From: an uncultured virus (IMG/VR IMGVR_UViG_3300025849_000012)
Taxonomy: Duplodnaviria; Heunggongvirae; Uroviricota; Caudoviricetes
Length of the DNA: 20,000 bases
Strand: one strand, 5' to 3'
Virus record (IMG/VR): IMGVR_UViG_3300025849_000012
Numbering within the stretch: position 1 is the stretch's first letter; every line of letters starts with the position of its first letter. Shown piece by piece: positions 8,301-14,380 of the stretch. Both the position numbers and the translations under genes were made by a program. Below the pieces are notes generated by a model. The model was not told the DNA's origin. It worked only from the letters and a program-made list of their open reading frames with translations, and did no database searches.

Positions 8301-10010
8301 GGTACTACTGGTATCCAAGGTGATACTGGTATTCAAGGTTTAGACGGTGGAATTGGTACAGTTGGTGCTCAAGGTACTCAAGGATTACAAGGACTTCAAG
8401 GTTTAGATGGTGTTGGTGCTCAAGGTGCTACCGGTTTCCAAGGAGCAACTGGTCCTCAAGGTACTGATGGTGAACAAGGTGATGAAGGTGAAGTTGGTGG
8501 CGACGGACCACAGGGTGTACAAGGTAGCTTTGGTTTACAAGGTGGCGATGGCTTCCAAGGTATGCAGGGTTTCCAAGGTCCACAAGGTATTGGTGCTCCG
8601 GGCGCAGCAGGTTTCCAAGGTAACGATGGTTTCCAAGGTGTTCAAGGTCCTCAGGCTTCTCAAGGTATTCAAGGTGTTACAGGTCCAATAGGATTTGGTA
8701 CTCAAGGTGTACAAGGTATGCAAGGCTTCCAAGGATCCGAAGGTTTCCAAGGATTTGGTGGTAACCAAGGTACTGCAGGTGAAGGTAATCAAGGTGCCCA
8801 AGGTGGTAATGGTTTCCAAGGCTTCCAAGGTGGATTAGGTTTCCAAGGACCAAACGGTTCTGGACAACAAGGTGTTCAAGGTTTCCAAGGTGCGGCTGGT
8901 ATCGGTGATACTGGTCTGCAAGGTGATAATGGTCCATCTGGTCCGCAGGGTATTTCTGGTGAATCAGGTGAAGGCGGTGTCCAAGGTTATGAAGGTTTCC
9001 AAGGACAACAAGGTGTTCAAGGTGAAGCTGGTTCAGTTGGTGGATCTGGTACTCAAGGTTTCCAAGGTGCTCAAGGCTTTAACGGTTGGCAAGGTGTACA
9101 AGGTGAAACCGGGTTTGGTGCACAGGGTAGCCAAGGTACTCAAGGTATACAAGGTGATTTAGGTTTCCAAGGTTCTATCGGTGCTGGTGTTCAAGGTCCA
9201 CAAGGTACTACTGGTATCCAAGGGGATTACGGTTTCCAAGGTTTACAAGGTGTTCAGGGCCCAGGTAACGAAGGTGGTGTTGGTAACTTACAAAACATCC
9301 ACACATCTCCATTACAGGATACTGCGTTATTCATTCCATTCTTTGAAGCTGGTGCAGACCAACGACCATTGATGGCCACATTAGGACCTAACCCAGGTGG
9401 TGAACAAAACTTCTTCTATACATCTGGAGATGATGAACTTAGTTTAGAAAACATGGATGTTAACGGCAACATGACTGTTGGTGGTACATTAACCGCAGGC
9501 AATCTTACAGGTATTACATCTGATTTGAATTTGCCACCTGATGTATACATGGGTTTCGGTACTAACAATGATATGAAGCTTGGTTTTGAATCAGGTACTG
9601 GTGCATTCTTAATGGATGCTGATACCACTTCAGCAACTTCAATTAGAATTGAAGAAAGAGCAGGCGGTACTGCGGTATTTACTTTTGATACAACAAGCGG
9701 TGAATTTACTGCAACAGGTGATATTACTACAAACTCTGATGAAAGACTTAAAGAAAATGTTGTTACTGTTGATAACGCGCTTTCAAAAGTTACAGACTTG
9801 CGTGGTGTATATTTCAATAAGAAAACAAATCCTGCTGATAGAAAAATTGGACTAATTGCTCAAGAAGTTGAAAGAGTTATTCCCGAAGTTGTGATTGAAG
9901 ATAAAACTGAAGATAAGATTAAATCAGTCGCATATGCCTCGTTAATTGGACTGTTAGTCGAAGCTATTAAAGATTTAAAAGATGAGGTTGACGAAATTAA
10001 AGGTCAATAA
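5310..10010 (+). CDS. Collagen-like (Gly-X-Gln) tail or virion fibre with interspersed globular domains, a cupredoxin-like domain and a C-terminal intramolecular chaperone (Peptidase_S74-like)
   Basis: Shine-Dalgarno GAGGAGG at 5293-5299. Six Gly-X-Y tracts. The C-terminus SDERLKENV...IGLIAQEVERVIPEVV...VAYASLIGLLVEAIKDL is the typical S74 auto-cleaving chaperone signature. Confidence 0.9.
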   Translation: MAFKSISGSRIIGQGTPQAVPIQLDPSPYKGAIAYGSDGLIYVSNGTAWNAVGSGTQGTTGLQGDTGLQGTQGTYGPGFNVIGSVTDVDAGGDQQATLNTAFPSATTGQGVIDNADDELWVYDGAVWVNVGSFRGIQGVQGTLGNQGTQGTIGEEGIQGSRGFRGYQGTQGVQGTVGIQGTQGIQGPQGTQGIQGVQGVQGTQGVQGLLGNQGTQGPQSIQGTTGIQGDLGFQGFSGDDAGHVVEFRIKDEIVQADPTTGEMIMNGAANPADDFSGVTRIWIDDEAFYSVNLEGLYTAIAASSSTNKAYMKITLRNNPDDYVIFSVQAATDQTGYWQLDVTYVAGEGIKSDFVQLDTPTPGTTQRLPVLVAFSMSGDRGFQGIQGTQGIQGVQGVQGLLGNQGTQGPQSIQGTDGIQGIQGQKGIQGTQGVQGLQGIQGTQSVQGIQGLQGLQGGTGVQGIQGTQSVQGIQGLQGGEGLQGYQGTQGDQGTQGVQGAVGYYGGLTYEWEYLNNSTPSTFPGTSKWKINNADVSLATVLTLDDIPLNNYTNDVDGMFDWLAAIPNGSGSKGLIIVESFDDGNGPGGHHQVVYEFTDFTWDGVGQTFGWFDVTYVGSYGLPNNSWQTDVIDTLHPAKTLINFVPRGSAGTQGTQGVQGLQGVQGLQGLQGTQGPQSIQGTTGIQGAQGLQGQEGARTFIVTNNGTSDYLIDGVADPTIHLIRGFTYIFDVSAAGHPFEIRVAQGGAAYNTGVTGNASASGLIIFRVPFDAPASLYYQCTVHASMGGDIVTSDLGPQGTQGVQGVQGVQGIQGLLGNQGTQGPQSIQGTDGFQGDLGFQGVQGFPGLLGPQGTQGTDGLQGGSGVQGQTGSFGGVTFDYTFSTNTATSDPGVGTLKFNNASFSSAGNLYMDDRDDNFTDIQPFLRTIDDSTSPIKGHFKLSENGAPENFAVFTITSVQEVAGYFNIICSYVNGSVTSMTDGLDVVITFARTGDLGATGSQGTTGIQGDTGIQGLDGGIGTVGAQGTQGLQGLQGLDGVGAQGATGFQGATGPQGTDGEQGDEGEVGGDGPQGVQGSFGLQGGDGFQGMQGFQGPQGIGAPGAAGFQGNDGFQGVQGPQASQGIQGVTGPIGFGTQGVQGMQGFQGSEGFQGFGGNQGTAGEGNQGAQGGNGFQGFQGGLGFQGPNGSGQQGVQGFQGAAGIGDTGLQGDNGPSGPQGISGESGEGGVQGYEGFQGQQGVQGEAGSVGGSGTQGFQGAQGFNGWQGVQGETGFGAQGSQGTQGIQGDLGFQGSIGAGVQGPQGTTGIQGDYGFQGLQGVQGPGNEGGVGNLQNIHTSPLQDTALFIPFFEAGADQRPLMATLGPNPGGEQNFFYTSGDDELSLENMDVNGNMTVGGTLTAGNLTGITSDLNLPPDVYMGFGTNNDMKLGFESGTGAFLMDADTTSATSIRIEERAGGTAVFTFDTTSGEFTATGDITTNSDERLKENVVTVDNALSKVTDLRGVYFNKKTNPADRKIGLIAQEVERVIPEVVIEDKTEDKIKSVAYASLIGLLVEAIKDLKDEVDEIKGQ
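5472..9284 (+). repeat. Collagen Gly-X-Y coding tracts with 9-bp periodic CAAGGT
   Basis: Tracts at about 5472-5540, 5712-6026, 6435-6815, 7239-7385, 7683-7919 and 8274-9284. An exact 37-nt repeat occurs at 6610-6646 and 6682-6718. Confidence 0.95.
7386..7676 (+). other. Cupredoxin-like domain with type-1 copper ligand motif inside the collagen fibre
   Basis: GHPF (His codon at 7506) followed by YYQC-TV-H-AS-M-GG (Cys 7635, His 7644, Met 7653). Confidence 0.7.
9735..10010 (+). other. Peptidase_S74 / intramolecular chaperone auto-processing domain
   Basis: S-D-x-R-L-K at 9735, GLIAQEV motif and a terminal coiled-coil-like helix. Confidence 0.9.
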
Positions 10011-10035
10011 TTCTTGCAAATCCAACCATTATAAG

Positions 10036-10070
10036 TGAGGGGGTCAAGCGATTGTATCCCCTTATTTTTT
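10036..10070 (+). terminator. Rho-independent terminator
   Basis: Stem TGAGGGGGTCAA / TTGTATCCCCTTA (one bulge, two G-U pairs) closed by a GCGA GNRA tetraloop and followed by T6, just after the fibre gene. Confidence 0.8.
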
Positions 10071-10077
10071 ATAAATA
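10070..10077 (+). promoter_or_regulatory. T4-type late promoter (gp55 sigma consensus TATAAATA)
   Basis: Exact intergenic consensus ending 26 nt before the ATG at 10104 and overlapping the last T of the terminator tract. Confidence 0.8.
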
Positions 10078-10103
10078 GATAAAAGTAATAAAGAGATGAA
10101 AAG

Positions 10104-10430
10104 ATGGGATCCAAAGCAAATATCTATATAGATCAAGGTACTGATTTTCGTATCACGTTGGAAATGTTCGACGGAGACGATGACGATTTGGTAATAAACA
10201 CATTTAGTTTTTTCGCAGATTTACGAAAAATGTATTCATCAAAACGTGCAGCTGAATTTGTTGTAGAAAAAAACGAAAATGACATTACACTAGTTTTAGA
10301 GGCCGATGTTACAGCCAACCTAAGACCAGGAAAATACGAATACGATGTTTTAATGAGGAAATCCAGTGGTGAGATGTCAAAGATTGTTGAAGGTCTAGCA
10401 ATCGTTATACCAACAATCACGGAGGTTTAA
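10104..10430 (+). CDS. Small conserved virion or fibre-adaptor protein (108 aa)
   Basis: Pattern NIYIDQGTDF...LRKMYSS...ITLVL...TANLRPGKYEYDVL...KIVEG resembles a common T4-like phage family found beside fibre genes (from memory). Directly downstream of a late promoter. Confidence 0.75.
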   Translation: MGSKANIYIDQGTDFRITLEMFDGDDDDLVINTFSFFADLRKMYSSKRAAEFVVEKNENDITLVLEADVTANLRPGKYEYDVLMRKSSGEMSKIVEGLAIVIPTITEV

Positions 10431-10433
10431 CCA

Positions 10434-13400
10434 GTGAGCATTAAAGTAAAAGTAGGTCAGTCCAATAAGATTAGGATTGTCGCCGCTGCTGAGAAAAAAC
10501 CACTCATTACACCAGATTCCATTACGCTTGGAATTGATACAGTTGGTCAATATGTTGCAAAGATTGATGCAGGTTCAGGTATTATTGTTACACCTGAACT
10601 TAATACAGAGAATGCAAATCTTGTTATATCTCACGCAGCTACATCAACGGAAATAAGTTCTAATAATGCCGGTTTAGTATTTGCTGGCAATATTGATTTA
10701 GACCAATATGGTCACATTACTCAATTTAATAATCGTTCGTTTAGCGAAGACAACTTTGCTTATTCTAATAACGTAATTTCAACTAACGATATTACACTTG
10801 GTACAACAGCCTTAACTCTTGGTGAGTCTTCAAACAATATCGTTGGACTTACAACATTTGAAGCAGGCGGTGTTGAATTATTTGATGGTACATTTACTGC
10901 GAATGCCAACATAACATTTGACCCAGGTTCTAATAACGTTGTGGATATGTCTTTCCATAGAGTTTCTGGTATACTTGATCCTGTTGATGGATTTGACGCT
11001 ATTAACAAAACGTATCTTGAGTTTGAATTAGATCGTGTTGAAACAACGATTAAAGTTTTTGACGATCCTATTATCGCAACTGATGCTACAAATAAAAGAT
11101 ATGTTGATAATTTAGTACAGGGTTTCGTGGTTAGACCACAAGCTCTTGCCGCAACGACAGAAGATTTAGGTGCCACGTTTGAAACAGGTAACTCAACTGT
11201 ACGTGATACTCTTACCATTCCACCAGTTAACTTTTTATATATTGATGATGTTACTACTTGGACGTTAGGTAAAAACCTTCTCGTTAAAGACCAAACTGAT
11301 AAAACACAAAACGGTTCTTATGATGTAATCCAAGTTGGTTCTGCCAATACTGAATGGATATTCCAAAGAGCTGATTTCAATACAAGCGAACAACTTCCGG
11401 GTTCATATGAATTTGTTACTGACGGTACAATCAATGGTGGTACAGGTTGGGTTTCTACAGTTCTTGATGCTGCTAACTTTAACCTTAATACAGACCCTGT
11501 TGAATGGGCTCAGTTCCAAGGTGAAGGTACATTTACAGCAGGTGCTGGTTTAGTCCTTAACGGAACTCAATTTAGTGTAAACGAAACTCTTCCATTAAAT
11601 CAGATTAATCCAGTAGGTGATGATTTAATAATCTCAGGAACAAGCGCAGTTCGTTTACCACAAGGTACAACACTAGAAAGACCAACTGAAGCAACTGGTC
11701 AAATTCGCTTTAATACTCAGGATAGCCAATTCGAAGGTTATGATGGAGTTGCATGGGCAGGATTAGGTGGTACTGTTGATGTTGACCAAGATACAAAGGT
11801 TATAGCAGAGAATAGTCCAGGATCTGACGACGATCAATTACAATTCTTTACTGGCGGTTCTAGAGTTGCTATGATGAATGCAAATAATGTTACCACTTTC
11901 TATGGTGATGTTAATGTTCCGGTCATATCAACCTCTTTAAGACCAAATACAACTGGTTCTTTAACTCTTGGTGCTCCAAATTATAACTTTGATAAAGTCT
12001 TTACAGGTAAGCTTGGTTCAGATGACGAGTTAATTAGAATTGATACTAATGGCGCGTTGGTTATGCCAAAAGGTACGACTGCTGAAAGACCAGTTGGTAT
12101 CGTTGGTGGATTACGCTATAATACTGAAGATGCTCGGTTTGAAGGTTACGATGGTACTGCTTGGGCTGGTCTTGCTGGCTCAGTTATGGATCTCGACAGA
12201 AATACATATATCATTGCTGAAACCGCGGCAGGTGTTGATAATAACGATTTAGATTTCTATACTGCCAATACTCAAAGAATGCAAATTGATGAGCTTGGTA
12301 ATTTAAACTTTGGTCAAAATCTTAATCAAATTGTACTTAATTATAACACAGGTAATTTAGAAGTCAATACCAAAATTGTTTCAAATGCTAATTTAGTACT
12401 TGATCCTACTGGTAATATTGACGCTGCAAACAATACAATTACTAATGTTGCTGACCCAGTTAATCTTAGTGATGTTGTTACTCTTAATTATCTTGGCGGC
12501 CAGTTCTCATCTAAACTACAGATTGAAGACGGTGCCAATTCACACTTAACAGATATTGACTTACTACAAAATCCAACATTAAATCTTGGTCGTGGTTTAG
12601 AACTTCAGGATATTGATAGTGCAAACAACGAATTAAAAATTGGACTTGATGTTACTGGCGTTTCTGCTGAAATGTATGGTACTGATGGATTTACTCCTCG
12701 TATACGTATTACTGAAGATGGTAGAATTGATTTTGCTACAGACATTCCATTAGAATTACAAGCTAACGCGATTCCAAACTTTACTGAAACATCACGTGAT
12801 ATTATTGGTTTGATGTTTACAGATGGTAATGCAAATGGTGCAGGTGTATTTGCCGTAAACGATGATGCCAACGATGTAATGAATCTCTTTGCAGATAACT
12901 TCACTATTACACTGGGTGGAGACCTTGATGGTTCGGCACAAGTTACAAGACTTACAGATACAACTATTGATGCTGATATTACTACACAGTTCGTAAGGTT
13001 TATTTACCCAGACGGAATTACATCTGGTGTTACAGTTAACCAAGAGTTTATTGGTACAGGAGCTAACGCAAACGTTGCGATTGGTTTAGATTATAGCCAT
13101 CTTGATACGGTTTATGCCACGCTTGATGGTTCAACATTCACTGGTAACGTATTTGCTCCGAGATATTTTGACTCAGACAATAATAACTACTATGGCGATT
13201 TTGCTGGAGAAACAAGACTTAATGGATTAAGAGTTGGTTTTGGTTTAACATCATCACAAATTGGTTTTGCTGACGGTCCCGGATCTCAGTCAACGCTATT
13301 TGCTGGGCAAGGTCGAATTGGTTTCCTTGATAATACATTTAACTTTGGTGCTTATTCCGAAAGGTCAACTGGTAATTGGTATGTAGCAAATGATGTACAT

Positions 13401-14318
13401 GCAGAAAGATTTGTTGATACAGATTCCACATCTTACTTCTTACATCCGGGCGGTACAAACTCTTTATTCAAAGCACTTGAAGTTGATGGTAATTTAAAAT
13501 CAGGTTCAGTATTAATTAATAACAGAACAGTTTCTACAGACACAGGAACTGGACATGACTTAATTCTTAATGCTGATACAAATGAAATAAGTGTAAGTAA
13601 TAATATAATTAAAGATCTTGCTGACCCTGTTAGTTTACAGGATGCGGCAACTAAGGCTTACGTTGATGGTGTAGCTCAAGGATTAAGAGTTATTCCTTCT
13701 GCTCTAGCAGCAACGACTGCTGATTTAGGTGCAACGTATAATCATGGAAATGGTACACTTACTATTCCTGCTAATATTATACTTGACATCGACGGTGTAG
13801 CAAATTGGTCTCTCGGAGATAGAATTCTTGTTAAAGATCAAACTGCTTCACTAGAAAATGGTTCCTATGAAGTTACTACAATCGGTAGCGCGGCTATTGA
13901 TTGGGTAATTACTCGAGGTGAATACTTTAATGAAACCTCGGAAATCCCAGGAGCCTTCCAATTCGTAACTGATGGTGCCGTAAATAATGGTACTGGTTAT
14001 GTTGCGACGGTAACAGATGCTGAAACATTTGCACTTGGTACTGACGACGTTATTTGGTATCAATTCTCTGGTGCGGGTACATACTCTGCCGGAAGCGCGT
14101 TAACATTAATTGGTACTGAATTTTCTATAACAGATGGTGATATTACTAATGCAAAATTAGAAAACTCTACGTTTACAGTTATTGATGAAAATGGTACAAC
14201 ATCTGATATATCTCTAGGTACTAACCTAACATTTACAGGTACCGATGGAGTTGATACTACAGTAACCGCGGGTAATGTCGCGATTGCTATTAATGAAATT
14301 GACGGTGGAACGTTTTAA
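10434..14318 (+). CDS. Large modular tail-fibre or virion structural protein (1294 aa)
   Basis: GTG start with GGAGG at 10421-10425. Fibre motifs DAxxKxYVD, LVKDQT...NGSY and G-x-[IL]-R-[FY]-NT-x4-FEGY are each present twice. Ends in IDGGTF. Confidence 0.8.
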   Translation: MSIKVKVGQSNKIRIVAAAEKKPLITPDSITLGIDTVGQYVAKIDAGSGIIVTPELNTENANLVISHAATSTEISSNNAGLVFAGNIDLDQYGHITQFNNRSFSEDNFAYSNNVISTNDITLGTTALTLGESSNNIVGLTTFEAGGVELFDGTFTANANITFDPGSNNVVDMSFHRVSGILDPVDGFDAINKTYLEFELDRVETTIKVFDDPIIATDATNKRYVDNLVQGFVVRPQALAATTEDLGATFETGNSTVRDTLTIPPVNFLYIDDVTTWTLGKNLLVKDQTDKTQNGSYDVIQVGSANTEWIFQRADFNTSEQLPGSYEFVTDGTINGGTGWVSTVLDAANFNLNTDPVEWAQFQGEGTFTAGAGLVLNGTQFSVNETLPLNQINPVGDDLIISGTSAVRLPQGTTLERPTEATGQIRFNTQDSQFEGYDGVAWAGLGGTVDVDQDTKVIAENSPGSDDDQLQFFTGGSRVAMMNANNVTTFYGDVNVPVISTSLRPNTTGSLTLGAPNYNFDKVFTGKLGSDDELIRIDTNGALVMPKGTTAERPVGIVGGLRYNTEDARFEGYDGTAWAGLAGSVMDLDRNTYIIAETAAGVDNNDLDFYTANTQRMQIDELGNLNFGQNLNQIVLNYNTGNLEVNTKIVSNANLVLDPTGNIDAANNTITNVADPVNLSDVVTLNYLGGQFSSKLQIEDGANSHLTDIDLLQNPTLNLGRGLELQDIDSANNELKIGLDVTGVSAEMYGTDGFTPRIRITEDGRIDFATDIPLELQANAIPNFTETSRDIIGLMFTDGNANGAGVFAVNDDANDVMNLFADNFTITLGGDLDGSAQVTRLTDTTIDADITTQFVRFIYPDGITSGVTVNQEFIGTGANANVAIGLDYSHLDTVYATLDGSTFTGNVFAPRYFDSDNNNYYGDFAGETRLNGLRVGFGLTSSQIGFADGPGSQSTLFAGQGRIGFLDNTFNFGAYSERSTGNWYVANDVHAERFVDTDSTSYFLHPGGTNSLFKALEVDGNLKSGSVLINNRTVSTDTGTGHDLILNADTNEISVSNNIIKDLADPVSLQDAATKAYVDGVAQGLRVIPSALAATTADLGATYNHGNGTLTIPANIILDIDGVANWSLGDRILVKDQTASLENGSYEVTTIGSAAIDWVITRGEYFNETSEIPGAFQFVTDGAVNNGTGYVATVTDAETFALGTDDVIWYQFSGAGTYSAGSALTLIGTEFSITDGDITNAKLENSTFTVIDENGTTSDISLGTNLTFTGTDGVDTTVTAGNVAIAINEIDGGTF

Positions 14319-14380
14319 TTTATTAAAACTATATTATTGATTATTAAGATATATATCTATTATAACAGAAGGACATACAT

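Noticed and set aside
5434..9372. Many alternative-frame and antisense ORFs with VYKV, LEYL or TLNT repeats
   Set aside because: They are shadows of the 9-bp periodic CAAGGT collagen code, which lacks stops in other frames. No independent evidence of expression.
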